The notes under the pieces: model-generated
Told to the model about the DNA's origin: nothing
Seen by the model: only the letters and a program-made list of their open reading frames with translations
The model's database searches: none
Part shown: one piece after another, positions 46,301 through 61,326 of the stretch
Numbering within the stretch: position 1 is the first letter of the stretch
Layout: each line of letters opens with the position of its first letter
Translations under genes and position numbers: made by a program
Source: the human T2T-CHM13v2.0 reference genome, Homo sapiens
Length of the DNA stretch: 64,000 nucleotides
Reading direction: 5' to 3' (one strand)
Assembly (NCBI RefSeq): GCF_009914755.1
Contig: NC_060925.1

Positions 46301-48050
46301 GATGTCAAGTAGTGTTAGTCCTACATTTTTTTCCTTTTTAACATTTTGTTTGTTATTCGTTTACCTTCCTGTATTTATTTTTAAATCAGGATTTCAAGTC
46401 TACAAATTAGCTTTCATAATTTTGGTTGGATATGCATTGAATTAATGACACTGGGAAAAATTGACATCTGTACAATACTGAGACTTCCAATACATATACT
46501 TGGAGTCTATTTATTCTTATTCACTTCTTTAGATTTTCTTTGATTTTTTTTTAACCACAAATTTATAGTTTTTCACATACAGGTTTTGTCTTTATTTTGT
46601 TAGATTTATATCTAAATTTTTATGTCTTTTTTGTGCTATTGCCAATGTAATTCCCAACATTTTGCATTTGAATTGCTCATTGCTCATATATAGGAAACTA
46701 GCTAATTTTTGTATATTAACCTTGCATCATATGACCTTGCTATAGTCATTTAATACTTCCAGGATTTTATTTGTTGATTTTTCTTATTTTTCTACATACA
46801 CAATCTTATCACAGGCAAATAGAGACTTTTATTTTTCTTTCCAATATGTATATGTATTTATCCTGTAATTATTGCACTAGGTGATATTTCCAGTCAATGG
46901 GGAATAGGAATGCTAAGAGAAGACACAAATAGAGAGTTTTATTTTTTCTTTCCTATATATACAACTATTTATCCTGTAATTATTGCACTAGATGACATTT
47001 CCAGGAAATGAGGAATAGGAATGCTAAGAGAAGACAGCCTTGCCTTTTTTCTGATCCTAGGATGAAAACATTGTTACTCTGTGTTAAGTATGATGTTAAC
47101 CATAATTTTTGTAGATACTACTTATAATTTAAGAGGATCTGTTTGAATACTGGATTGCTGAGAGTATTTATTACAAATGGATGCTGGATTGTGAAAAATT
47201 GTTTTTATGCATCAATTGAGATTTCTTCTTTAATAAGTTGGTATAATGGGTTACATTGATTATTATTTTAATGTTGAAACATCCTTGCATATCTGGCACA
47301 AATCACACTATGCCATGGCATGTAAATCATTTTTATACATTGTTAAACTTGATTTGCTAATATTTTGTTGAGAATTTTTTATTTATATCATTGAGAGACA
47401 CTGGTCTATAGTTTTACTTTCTTTTGATGTCTATTTGGTTTTGATATTAATATAATGTTTACCTGAGAATTAGTTACAAAGTGTCCCTCCTACTTCAAAC
47501 TTTTACACAAAATCGTGAAGAACTATTATAATTTATTCCCATTTTTTGGTGGAATTGTCAGCAAACTATCTGTGTTTGTGCTTTTATTCTGGGAGGCTAC
47601 AGATTACTGACTGGATTAATGGATATAGGGAAATTTAGGTTATCTATTTGTCCTCTCTGTCTTGGTATAGAGAATCTTTTACATAATGTGTGCATGTCAT
47701 CCATATTATCAAACTTGTTGGCATAGAATTGTTCATAGCAATCCTTCATTATCCTTATAATGTCCATGGTTATTAGAATTGTGAAATGGTAGTACTTACC
47801 AGTAAAGCATTTAGAATTTTTCTTTTCTTTCTGCAAATGCTTTTCATTAAAACATAATTAATTTCTTTAATAAATTTAAGTGTATTTAAGTCATCTTTTT
47901 CTTCTACAAGTATACAAGTAATTTTGGTATTTTCAGCTTCTCAAAATTTTGGTTTATTTCATCTAAATTATTTAATATATTGACAAAGATGTTATAAATA
48001 TTTTCCCATTTTATTTTTATACTTGTAGAACCTCTGATGAGGTTTCACCT
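43380..48050 (-). mobile_element. Long L1MC-like element (3'UTR into ORF2); probably resumes at ~53436-54000
   Basis: cagtttcccctattattaacatcttacattag 3' end; ORF 47597-47836 DIIRIMKDCYEQFYANKFDNMDDM is ORF2-like. Confidence 0.75.
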
Positions 48051-48057
48051 ACAATTT

Positions 48058-51000
48058 CTTTTAACTTTTATTTTAGGTTCAGGGATACATGTTCATTTTT
48101 GCTATATAGGTAAATTGCATGTTGGGAAAGTTTGGTGCGCAGATTATTTTGTCACCCAGGTAATAAGTATAACACCCGATAGGTAGTTTTTTGACCTCAC
48201 CCTCCTCCCACCCTCCGCCTTCCAGGAGGCCCCAGTGGCTGTTGTTCCTTTCTTTGTGTCCATATGTAGTCACATTTTAACTCCCACTTATAAATGTGAA
48301 CACATGGTATTAGTTTTTCTGTTCCTCTGTTAGTTTGTTTTATAGTTTGGCTGTGTCCACCCCAAATCTCATTTTGAATTGTAACTCCCACAAGTCCCAT
48401 GTATCATGGGAAGAACCCAGTGGGAGGTGATTGAATTATGGGAGTAGGGCTAGTGAATGAATCTCACAAGATCTGATGGTTTTAAAAATGTCAGTTTCCC
48501 TGCACAGTCTCTCTCTTTGCCTGCCACTATCCATGTAAGATGTGACTTGCTCCTCCTTGCCTTCCATCATGATTGTGAGGCTTCCCTGCCCATGTGGAAC
48601 TGTAAGTCCATTAAACCGCTTCCTTTAGTAAATTCCCCAGTCTTGGGTATGCCTTTATTAGCAGTATTAATGTGGACTAATACAGTAAATTGGTAACAGT
48701 ACAGTGGGGCACTGCTGTAGATACCGAAAAGGTGGAAGCAACTTTGGAACTGGGTAAAAGGCAGAGGTTGGAACAGTTTGAAGGGCACAGAAGAAGACAG
48801 GAAAATGTGGGAAATTTTGGAACTTCCTAGAGATTTATTGAGTGGCTTTGCCCAAAATGCTAATACAGATATGGACAATAAAGTCCATGCTGAGGTAGTC
48901 TCAGATAGAAATGAAGAACTTATTGGGAACCGGAGCAAAGGTGACCCTTGCTATGTTTTAGCAAAGAGACTGACAGCATTTTGTCCCTGTCCTAGAGATT
49001 TGTGGAACTTTAAACTTGAGAGAAATGATTTAGGGTACCTGGCAGAAGAAATTTCTAAGCAGCAAAGCATTCAAGAGATGACTTGGGTGCTGTTAAAGGC
49101 ATTCAGTTTTATAAGGGAAGCAGAGTATAAAAGTTGGGAAAATGTGCAGACTGACAATGCAATAGAAAAGAAAATCCCATTTACTGAGGAGAAATTCAAA
49201 CTGGCTGAAGAAATTTGCATGAGTAATGAGAAGCCAAATGTTAATCCCCAAGACTATAGGGAAAATGACTCCAGGACATATCAGAGGTCTTTATGGCAGC
49301 CCTTCCCATTACAGACCTGAAGCTGAGGAGGAAAATACTGTTCTGTGGGCCAAGTCTGGGGTCCCCGTGCTGTGTGCCACCTAGGGACTTGGTGCCTCTC
49401 ATCCCAGCTGCTCCAGCCATAACTGAAAGGGGCTAACATAGAGCTTGGGACATGGCTTCAGAGCGTGCAAGCCCCAAGCCTTGGAAGCTTACACATTGTG
49501 TTGAGCTTGCGAGTACACAGAAGTTAAGAATTGAGGTTTGGGAACCTCTGCCTAGATTTCAGAGAATATATGGAAATGCTTGGAAGTCCAGGCAGAAGTT
49601 TGCTGAAGGGGCAGTATTCTCATGAGGAACTTCTGCTGGGGCAGTGCAGAAGGAAAATGTGGGTCAGAGCCCCCACACAGAGTCCCCACTGAGGCATCAC
49701 CTAGAGGAACTGTGAGAAGAGGGCCACCATCCTCCAGACACCAGAATGATAGATCCACTAACAGCTTGCACTGTGCACCTGGAAAATCCATAAACACTCA
49801 ATGCCAGCTCATGAAGGCAGCTTGGAGGTTGGCTGTACCCTTCAAAGCCACATTGGTGGAGCTGCTGAAGACCACAGGAACCCACCTCTTGCATCAGCAT
49901 GACCTGTATGTGAAACATGGAGTCAAAGGAGATCATTTTGGAGCTTCAAGATTTGACTGCCTCTCTGGATTTTGGACTTACATGGGGCCAGTAGCTTTTT
50001 TGTTTTGACCAATTTCTCCCATTTGGAATGGCTGCATTTACCCAATGTTTGTATCTGCATTGTAAATAGAAATTAATTCACTTGCTTTTGATATTACAGG
50101 CTTATAGGTTGAAAGGACTTGCCTTGTCTCAGATTTTGAGACTTTGGACTGTGGACTTTTGAGTTAATGTTGAAATGAGTTAAGATTTTGGGGGACTGTT
50201 GAGAAGGCATGATTGGTTTTGGAATGTGAGAACATGTCATTTGGGAAGGGCCAGGGGAGAAATGATATGGTTTGGCTGTGTCCCCACCCAGATCCTATCT
50301 TGAATTGTAACCCCCACAATTCTTATGTATCATGGTGGAAGGTGACTGAATTATGGGTGCCAGTATTTCCTGTATTTTTCTCATGATAATGAATGAGCCT
50401 CGCGAGATCTGATGGTTTTAAAAATGGTAGTTTCCCTGCACAATCTCTCTTTTTGCCTGCTGCCATCCATGTAAGATGTGACTTGCTCCTCCTTGCCTTC
50501 CACTCTGATTGTGAGGCTTCCCAAGCCATGTGGTACTGTAAATCCATTAAACCTCTCTCTTTTGTAAATTTCCCAGTCTTGGGTATATCTCTCTTAGTAG
50601 CATGAATACAGACTAATACTCTTTGCTTACAATAATGATCTTTCCATGTTGCTACAAAGAACATGATCTCATTTCTTTTTATAGTTACATAGTATTTCAT
50701 TGTATACATATACCATATTTTTAAACCCAGTCTACCATTGATGGACATTTAGGTTGATTCCAAATTTTGGTTCCACATTTGCTAATGTGAATACTTCTGC
50801 AGTGAACATACATGTGCTTGTGTCTTTGTGACAAAACAACTTATATTTCCTTGAGTATACACCCAATGATTGGATAGCTGGGTCAAATGGTAGTTCTGTT
50901 TTAAGTTCCTTGAGAAATCTCCAACTGCTTTCCACAATGGCTGAACTAATCGACATTCCCACCAGCAGTAGCCAGCATCTGCTATTTTTTTGATTTTTTA

Positions 51001-52352
51001 TTAATAGCCATTCTGGCTGGTTTGAGGGTATCTTTCATGGTTTTTATCACATTTCTTTAATGATTACTGATATTGAGCATTTTTTTCATATGATTTTGAC
51101 CACATATATTGTCTTCTTTTGAAAAGGCTCTGTTGGTGTCCTCTGCCCACTTTGTAAAGGAGTTGTTTTTTGCTTATAAATATTTTCAAGTTCCTTATAT
51201 ATTCCAAATATTAGACCTTTGTCAGATGCATAGTTTACATATATTTTCTCCAATTCTGAAGGTTTTCTGTTTACTCTGTTGATAGTTTCTTTTGCTGTGC
51301 AGAAGCTGTAGTTTAGATCCCATTTGTCAATTTTATGCTTTTGCTGTGATTTCTTTTGGTATCTTTCTCATGTAATCTTTGCCTGTTCCAATGTTCAGGA
51401 TGGTATTTCCTAGGTTGCCTTACAGGATTTTATGGTTTTGGGTTTAAATCCAAGTCTTTAGGCCATCTTGAGTTGATTTTTATATATGGTATAAAGAAGG
51501 GGTCCAGATTCAATCTTCTGCATATGGCTAGCCAGTTATCCCAGTACCATATATTGAACAGGGTGTCCTTTCCCCATTGCTTATTTTTGTGAATTTTGTC
51601 AAAGATGAGATGATTGTATGTGTGTGACTTTGTTTTGGGGTTCTCTATTCTATTTCATTGTTTTGTGTGTCTGTTTTAAGTATCAGTACTATGATGTTTT
51701 GGTTACTGTAGCCTTGCAGTATAGTTTAAGGTCCAGTAATGTGATGCCTCCAGCTTTGTTCTTTTAGCTTACATTTGTTTTGGCTATTCAGGCTCCTTTT
51801 ACTTCCATATGGATTTTAAAATCATAAAAAAAAGATTTCTTCCTAATTCTTTAAAGAATATCATTTTAAGTTTGACAGGAATATCATTGAATCTGTAACT
51901 TTCTTTGTGAAATATGGCCATTTTAAAATTTTGATCATTTCTATCCATGAGCATGGAATATTTTTCCATTTATTTGTGTCATCTCTGATTTATTTGAACT
52001 GAGTATTGTAATTCTTGTTGTAGAGGTGTTTCATCTCCTTGGTTAGCTGTATTTTTTTTTTCTTTTGTGGCAGTTGTGAATAGGATTGTGTTCTTGATTT
52101 GACTCACAGCCAAATATTGCTGAAGTTGTTACCAGATCAAGGAGCTTTTGGATTTTTGCCTCTATGTTCATCAAGGATGTAGGCCTGAGTTTTTTGTTGT
52201 GTCCCTGCCAGGTTTTAGTGTCAGAATAATTCTGGCCTCATAGATTGAGTTATGGAGGAGTTCATTCTTCTCAATGTCTTGGAATAGTTTCAGTAGAAAT
52301 GGTACTAGTTCTTCCTCATACAGCTGGTAGAATATGGCTGTGAATCCTTCTG
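48058..52352 (-). mobile_element. L1PA15/16-like element, split by THE1 (48058-48337 and 50621-52352)
   Basis: ttaacttttattttaggttcaggg 3' end; ORF2 peptides WRFLKELKTELPFDPAI and [23 protein letters not shown]. Confidence 0.88.
48338..50620 (+). mobile_element. Full-length THE1B-like MaLR provirus: 5'LTR 48338-48684, internal 48685-50262, 3'LTR 50263-50620
   Basis: Two homologous LTRs ending gactaatac; internal starts gtaaattggta; 5-bp TSD gtttg/ctttg; residual 180-aa internal ORF at 48778-49320. Confidence 0.93.
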
Positions 52353-53222
52353 AACAATGGGGAAAATGTTTCCAGGGCATGTCAGCCCCTCCTATCACAG
52401 GCACAGAGGCCTAAGAGTAAAAAGTGGTTCTGTGAGCCAGGCCCAGGGTTGCCATGCTGTGTGCAGCCTAGGGACTTAGTGCCCTGCATTCCAGCTGCTC
52501 TCGCCATGGCTGAAAAGGGCCAACATAGAGCTTGGGCCATGGCTTCAGAGGGTGCAAGCCTCAAGCCTTGGCAGCTTCCACTTGGCGTTGAGCCTGTGAG
52601 TGCACAGAACTCAAGAATTGAAGTTTGGAAACCTCTGCCTAGATTTTGGAGAATGTATGGAAGCACCTGGATGTCCAGGCAGAAGTTTGCTGCAAGGGTG
52701 GGCTCTTATGGAGAAGCTCTGCTAGGGCAGTGTGGAAGGGAAACATGGGGTCAGAGCCCCACACAGAGTCCCTACGGGGGCACTGCCTACTGAAGCTGTG
52801 AGAAGAGGACCATCATCCACCAGCGCCCAGAATGGTAGATCCACCAGTAACTTGCACTGTGCACCTGGAAAAGCCACAGACACTCAATGCCAGTCCATGA
52901 GAGCAGTCGGGAGGAGGGCTGTGCCCTGCAAAGCCACAGGGGTGGAGCTGCCCAAGACCATGGGAACCCACCTCTTGCATCAGTATGACCTGGATGTGAG
53001 ACATGGAGTCAAAGGACATCATTTTTTAACAGGATTTCAGACTTGCATGGGGCCAGTAGCCCCTTTGTTTTGGCCAGTTTCTCCCATTTGGAATGGCTGT
53101 ATTTACCCAGTGCCTACCCTCACTGTATCTAGGAAGTAACTAACCTGCTTTTGACTTTACAGACTCTCCGGGGCATGTCAGCCCCACCCATCATAGGCCC
53201 AGAGGCCTAAGAGAAAAAAGTG
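52353..53222 (+). mobile_element. LTR-less THE1/MST internal fragment
   Basis: Collinear with the THE1 internal region at ~49255-50100; no LTR on either side. Confidence 0.88.
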
Positions 53223-53435
53223 CATAAGGGTAAGTTTGGTTTTCTAGTGTACCCATCACCCCAATAGTGAACATTGTACCCAATAAGTAACTTTTCAACC
53301 CTCTGCCTCCTACCAACCTCACCCATTTTGAAGTCCCCAGTCCCCATTTTTTTTAATCTGCATGTCCATGTGTACTCATGCTTTAGCCCCCTCCTATTAT
53401 GAGTGAGAACACACAGTATCTGATTACCTGTTTCT
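53223..53435 (-). mobile_element. L1PB/L1PA17-like 3'UTR fragment
   Basis: tagtgtacccatcaccccaatagtgaacattgtacccaataagtaa. Confidence 0.7.
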
Positions 53436-54324
53436 GTAATATTTTTGCAATCAAATTTCTGTATAATTTTAATTATTTACAATTTGATAAAAATTGTAGT
53501 TCTTTCAGAGTATGGTATATCTTGATGAATATTTTATACATACTTGAAATTAATATGTGTTTACCTGTTTTAGAGTATAGTTTTATGTAAATACACACCA
53601 AATCATGTTTCTTAATGTGGGAAGTATTAAGTCTTTTCTTTTATTACATGATGATTTTTCTGCATTGCACTATAAATTTCAGAAGGGATATGGCTGAAAT
53701 CTCCAACTGTGCCATCTGTGTTTACTTCATTGATTAGGTTCCTTATTTTTAAACATTTGTGTGTGTGTGTAGCAAGGATTGTGTGTGTGTTATTTTTATT
53801 ATTATTATTTTTGCCTTCTTGGTGGATTGGCCCTTGAACATTTATATCTGAAAATACAGTTAGTACTGAAATCTACTTTTCCTTATATTAATATAAGCCA
53901 TTGCAGCTTGCTTTTGATTATATGTTTGACATTGTTTCCTTTTTATGTATTTTTATATTTGAAGTGGATTTTGTGTAGATAGTATTTATGTTTTCCTCGT
54001 TTTTTGTTTATTTTCTGTCTTTCTAAATAGAATGCAGGCTCAATAAAAGCAGGAAGGTTTTTTCGGTTTTCCACTAGAACAGTACTTTACAATCGGTAAG
54101 CGATAAAATACTTGCTGAATAAATATAATTCAATAGCTTCTTCATAAATTAAACTAATTAATATTTTAAAGCATTTAGAACACTGCTTGGAACATAAGAA
54201 GTATTTAATAATATAAGCACTACAATTTAATGTAATGGTATCTGAAAATAACAGCTAGTATTCATTCATTTAACCAAAACTATTTTGTAGCTTATATTTG
54301 GTAGAGAATAGGGCAAGTTAACTT

Positions 54325-54804
54325 TGTGGTTTCTAAGATAAATTTTTCAATATTATTTTTCATCTCCTGGAACAAAATGGTGGATTCTATTTCTCTAAGC
54401 CTTAAATTCAGGCTGGTCTTGAGACTTATTAGAAAGTGTGAGAAATGACATTGTTCCAGTTGTGATGCCTAAATAGATCTTCAAGCTTTCTCCTTACTGG
54501 AATTTTGCTTCTAACACGTGAACAAACCCATATTAGGTTGTCCTAATCTGAGAACAATGAGAGGCAAGTGGAGAGAGGTGTAGCATACCAAGCTGCTCTC
54601 TGCCATTACCCAAACACCTGAGAGAATCTGCCCTAATGTGAGTCATTTATCCCTCTGACACCTGACCACACCACAAATGCATGAGGTAAGCCCATGCATG
54701 ACCAGAAACCCAGCTGACCTGTATACACTAAGCCAAACAAATCTGTATTTTTAAAATGCTGAGTTTTGAGGTAACTGTTTTGCAAAAATAGCTAACTGTA
54801 TACA
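54325..54804 (+). mobile_element. MLT1F/G-like MaLR LTR
   Basis: tgtgg start; ccttaaattcaggctggtcttgagactt; gagttttgaggt...aatagctaactgtataca end. Confidence 0.6.
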
Positions 54805-55771
54805 AAATATAAATTATCCAGTACATCATATAGGACTTCAGCAGTGCCAGGTGTCAGATTGGAGAATGGGACCACTGGCCCTTAGGTTCTAAGATTTTTA
54901 AGACTCACAATTCAGAGAAGCACCAGCCCCTCTTCTGTTGGGATGAGGAATTAGGTCCAACAAAATATTGATAATCAAACCATCGCCTATAGCCTAGTCC
55001 CATCATCTCAGCATTCGTTGTTGGGAACTTACCAGGCCCTAATCCTTTATCATCAGTAGCACAGATCCTTGGTGTTTCAACAGAAGCATCAATCTGATTC
55101 ATTATTAATGTTATTACAAATAGAAAAATTAGACTAATTTTAGGACATTTTGCATATTATTTTATTAATGTAATATATTAGAAATCCATGGGAATTTTTA
55201 GTGGCATAAACAGTAGTAAATATTATATTTTCCTTAAGGTTACAGAAGTATTGAAATAGATGAAAAAGCAATAAAAGACATTCAAGAGGTCTCAACAATT
55301 TTCAGCAAAACCTTAGGCCATTCATTTTGTATTTTATAACAAAAACTGTCTAATGATTTAACCTAAAATAGTAAAAACCTTAGAAAAATATTATAATTTA
55401 TAATAAAAAGAAGAGAATCACAGAAAGGAAAAGAAGGGGGTTGTGTGAGAAGAGGGAGAGACATACTATGAAACTTATGTTAACTTTCAGAGTGAGTAAA
55501 AATGAGGTCATGAAATTCACACGTCTTGGTAACTAAGTTTAGAGAAACTTGGGAGATGTCATCTTTACAGAGGAATTAGGTAGAAATTCAATACAAGATA
55601 GGCTAAAGACAGCTTGATGAGAAGAGAATGTTTATGTCTTCTGGCATTCACATTCAGAAGAATTGTAAGGAAGTCTGCATACATTTTAAGATGTTCTTCT
55701 TATTAAAACAGTTAAACTTTTCAAGATCTATTATTTTCCTTTCAATCTTATCCCATACTCGAAGGTAATTC

Positions 55772-56810
55772 TTTTTAGCTTTATTGAGTTACAGTTGATG
55801 TATAAAAAATTCCACACATTTAACGTATGCATCTGACTAGTTTGGATATATGCATACATCTGTGATTACTATCACCATAATCAAGGCAGTAAACATATCC
55901 TTCACTTCAAATAATTTGCTTGTGTTTTACTGCTGGATGTTTTTGCTTATTTTATAAGAACTTTAAATATGATATATATATTCTTATATTTTTAAATGAA
56001 CAATACAGTATTGTTAACTATAGAGACCATACAGGCAGCAGATATCTCAAATTAATTCATTTTGTATTACAAAAATTTTATATCCATTGAAAATCAATTC
56101 TTCATTTTCCCCTTCTGCTAGTTCCTGGCACCACCATTGTATTGTCTGTTTCTGTGAGTTTTACTATTTAGATACCTCATAAAAGTGGAATCGTATTTGT
56201 CCTGTGACTAGTTTATCTCACTTAGGATAATGCCCTATAAATTTAAATACGTTGTTGCAAACAGTAGGATTTTCATCTTTTTTAAGGTTGAATAACTTTC
56301 CACTGTGCATTTATAACCAAAATTTCTTTTTCTATTCATCTGTTGATGGATATTTGAGTTGTTTCTATATTTTGGCTATTATAAATAATGCTGCAATGAA
56401 CATGGGGGGGCAGATATGTCTTCAAGATCTTGATTTTAATCCCTTTGGATATATAATGAGAAGTGTGATTGCTAAATCACATAGTAGTTCTTTTTTTAAA
56501 TTTTTTGAGGAAATTCCATATGGTTTTCCATGGTGGCTCCACCATTCTTCATTCCCAACATTATATAATGGCTCAAATTTTACCTCATCCTCATCAATAC
56601 TTGTTTTTCACTCATTCATTTAAAAAACGATAGTCATTCTAACAAGTGTGAGGTAGTATTTTGTTTCATTATGGATTTTATCTGCATTTCCTGGATGATT
56701 AGTAATGCTGATGCCCTTTTCATGTACTTGGTAGCCATTTGTAGGTCTTACTTGGAGAAACATCTATCCAAATCCTCTGTTACTTTTGTTAAACCAGGTT
56801 ATTTGTTTTA
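55772..56810 (-). mobile_element. L1MA9/10-like 3' region
   Basis: gctttattgag...atcaccataatcaagg...tagatacctcat...aataatgctgcaatgaacatgggg. Confidence 0.78.
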
Positions 56811-57619
56811 AAGGTAGAAATATCATTTTGAAACAAACTGTAATTTTACTTAGATGACGTATTTTGGGAATAACTTTTAGAATCCTTCTCCTTCAATTGC
56901 TTTGCAATAATGGAATTGTTTTGCATTATGGATGACGCAGAACATATATTAGAAAATACATTATTTTCGAAAGAAACTGGTATAAATAAAAAAAAGAAGC
57001 AGGATTTATTGAGAAGCAAAACATATTTGTCTGAAAATTGTTGTACATTGAGAATATAAAAGTGTCTTATAGATTATGATTTATAGGATATAGTAATTAC
57101 ATTACCTCAAATGACATGTTAACATTAAAACTACATTCTATTACCTGAAAATGAGCAATTTACATTTTATCTCAATGTCGTGACTAGATTCTTTTTATAA
57201 ATTAGAGGATGTCATGCAGTAACTGCTGAATTTGCAAATGTTAAGAAAATGCGTAAATTCACAGTAAGCATTTTCATCAAGCTGAATAAATGTGTCATAC
57301 ATTTTGTATAAAACAGGAATTTCTCCCATTAATGGTTCATTACTGTGCTGAACATTTTGTTTCATTAACATTATATACTGGAGTTTTTCTGTCTTACTTT
57401 CAATTTTGTAGGTCAAATAAAATATGAATGATTAAAAATAAATACCAAGTTCAAATCAGTACCTAGCACATTGACTAGCATGGGTACATATTCAATGTTT
57501 TGAATGCTTAATGAATTGAATGAATTACAATTCCATTTTTGGTCACATTATAGACACTGTATATCTCAATATTTATGTTTGTATTTTAGAAAATGTTGGC
57601 CTAATTAGAAATGTAAGTG

Positions 57620-57763
57620 CTTGGTGTCCTGTTGGGTGTCTGTAATTTCAGCTATTAATACTAGGGTGGTTGATGCAGTAGGACTGCATGAGCCAAGGAA
57701 TTCCAGTCTGGGCAATGTAGAGAGATGCTGTCTCTAACTAAAAAAAAAAAAAAAAAAAAAAAA
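57620..57763 (+). mobile_element. FLAM/FAM-type Alu monomer with A24 tail
   Basis: ctgtaatttcagcta...gagccaaggaattccagtctgggcaatgtagagagatgctgtctct; TSD agaaatgt at 57607 and 57777. Confidence 0.75.
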
Positions 57764-57818
57764 GAAGAAGAGAAGAAGAAATGTGATATTTCAGCTCTGT
57801 ATTTTGTTTAAATCTTAC

Positions 57819-58140
57819 AGCCGGGTACTGTGGCTCATGCCTGTAATCCTGGCATTTTGGGAGGCCAAGGCAGGCAGATCACTTGAGGTCAGGAGTTTGA
57901 GACCAGCCTGGCCAACATGGCAAAACCCCGTCTCTACTAAAAATACAAAAATTAGCTGGCATATTGTCAGGCGCTTGTAATCTCAGCTACTCAGGAGGCT
58001 GAGGCAGGAGAATCTCTTAAACCCGGAAGTCAGAGGTTGCAGTGATCCAAGATTGCGCCACTGCACTCCAGCTTGGGCGACAAAGCTAGACTCGATCCTA
58101 GAAAATAAAACAAAATAAAATAAGTAAAGTAAAATAAAAA
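57819..58140 (+). mobile_element. Alu (AluSz/Sx-like)
   Basis: gccgggtactgtggctcatgcc...gatcacttgaggtcaggag; AAAT tail. Confidence 0.92.
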
Positions 58141-59779
58141 TATCTCACAATATATGTGTTATATGAAAGCAAACATAAATATGAAAAAGAAATTAGTTAT
58201 TTCCATAGTTTATGTCTAAAATATAATTATATGTCATTTCATATTTCCCATTTTGAGAGGCAGTTTTTATGCTTCATTTTACAGAAAAGGATTATAATGT
58301 TAAATCATTTGCTCAAAAAGATATGCCAAGTTATTTTAAGGGATAGGGCTTGGATTTGAATTAAATATTATTTCTGCAGTACTTCTTACTCTGTATAAAA
58401 TTAGCTGTTCATATAAAAGTTACAAGTGTATATCCAGCTCCCTTAAGTTATAGTATGAAGAAATATATTTAAATAAAATATAGGTTTAAAAATTGAGAAA
58501 ACCTAGGAATTGCTAAGAATATGAACTTTTGAGTGGATTTTTAAATAACTGTGAATTTCTATAAAATTCATTATTATAATAAGCACATTTTGTTATTTGA
58601 ACTTTTTAAAAAGTGCTAATTTCCCTCAGATAACTCCCCATATGCTTCTCTTTATTAAAGAGTGTCTGGGTTTATGAAAGGAGAACTATATGAACAACAT
58701 CTTATTGTGACATTAAGGGCAAGAATACTCCTAAACTCGTGCTGGGCTTTGGGAATACCTTAGCTGGCGTGAATTAAAATCTGGTGATTTCCTTGATCCA
58801 GTTTTTAAACATGAAGAATTGTACATCCCCTTGTCTTTCACCTCTTACTGGCTTCAGTCTGCATGGTCTTGGCTATACCCTCTGTCCACATTTGAATGAG
58901 CCACCCCAATCTCTGTTTTCCAACATACGGTCAGTATTCACTATGGTGAGAATCATGGTAAGAACCTTGTCTTTCTTTAGGAAGCAACTGAAAATCAATT
59001 ATGTTAAAAGGAAAAGGTAACTCTGTTCTGGACTCTATATTATCCCAGCACCTGCCAGAGAGTCTGAGACTGTAAATTATTGCTGAAAAATGAATTTGAT
59101 GTGGATCTTAGCTTAGAATATAAAAGAATGATAGTACTAATAAAAATAAAGTATATAAGAAAGTTCAAAGTGCTGTCTAGTTAATTTGTCAAAGAAAGAA
59201 AAGAGATATGGGTTCCAGAGATAAATATTAAAATACTTTTCTCTGGGATATATATAATTGAAAGTTGAGAATGCAGAATGAAAAGGAACTCCAATATCAA
59301 CATGGTAAAGTATATTAGAATATAAATATTAATGTTAAAAATAAATGAAGATATTACTATTCTATTGCCCTAAATTAATATCTAGTGAACTTTTTTTATT
59401 TTGTATTACTATTTTCCATTGTATTGTAGAATGTGTGTGTGTGTGTGTGCACGTGCTCATGGTACAAAATATTATAATTTACTTTTGAAGGCTTCTTAAT
59501 AAAATATTTTGTTATACCATAATCAAAGATGTGTAAAATAAACATTAATTCTATACATTTTTACAAATAAATATATGCTGTTCACTTTGATAAAGGCTAT
59601 CTTATATATTGGTAGATTGTTCTCCTATTTCTCCTTCATTATTTATTTGACAAAATTAATATACTTATAGAAATCATAAAGACACTTTCAACAATTAATG
59701 CATGTGAAATATCTTTACAAAAACAGCAGTGTTCTGAAAGTGACATTGCTATCATGATGATTATTAATACATTTGAAAG

Positions 59780-60871
<1,092 letters not shown>

Positions 60872-61326
60872 AGTGATTTTTCTCACTGAGTATGTTGCTA
60901 CGTGTGGGTTTATCATACACAGCTTTATTGTATTTAGGTACATTCCTTCTTTACCTAATTTATTCAGAGTTTTTATCATGAAAGTATGTTGAAATATATC
61001 ATATGCTCTTTCTGCATCCATTTAGATGGTCATGATTTTTATCCTTCATTTTTTAAATTTTGTATAATCCATTTATTAATTTACTTACACTGAGCCATCC
61101 TCATATCCCAGGAATAAATCACAACTAGATATAGTGTAGTTTCATTACACGTGCTGCTGCATTATATTTGCTAGTATTTTGTTCAAGATTTTTGCATCTA
61201 CGTTCATCAAGGATATCGTTCTGTAATTTTCTTTTCTTTTAGTTTTCTTGTCTGGCTTTAGTATCAGGGTAAAGCTGGAGTTTGGAAGTATTCCTTAAAT
61301 AAGTTTGGAAGTATTCACTCCTCCTC
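60872..61326 (-). mobile_element. Inverted continuation of the same L1 ORF2 (RT)
   Basis: ORF 60773-61021 MDAERAYDIFQHTFMIKTLNKLGKEGMYLNTIK is L1 RT. Confidence 0.85.

Noticed and set aside
49552-53139. Similar ORFs at 49622 and 52732 suggesting a gene duplication
   Set aside because: Both are MaLR internal sequence
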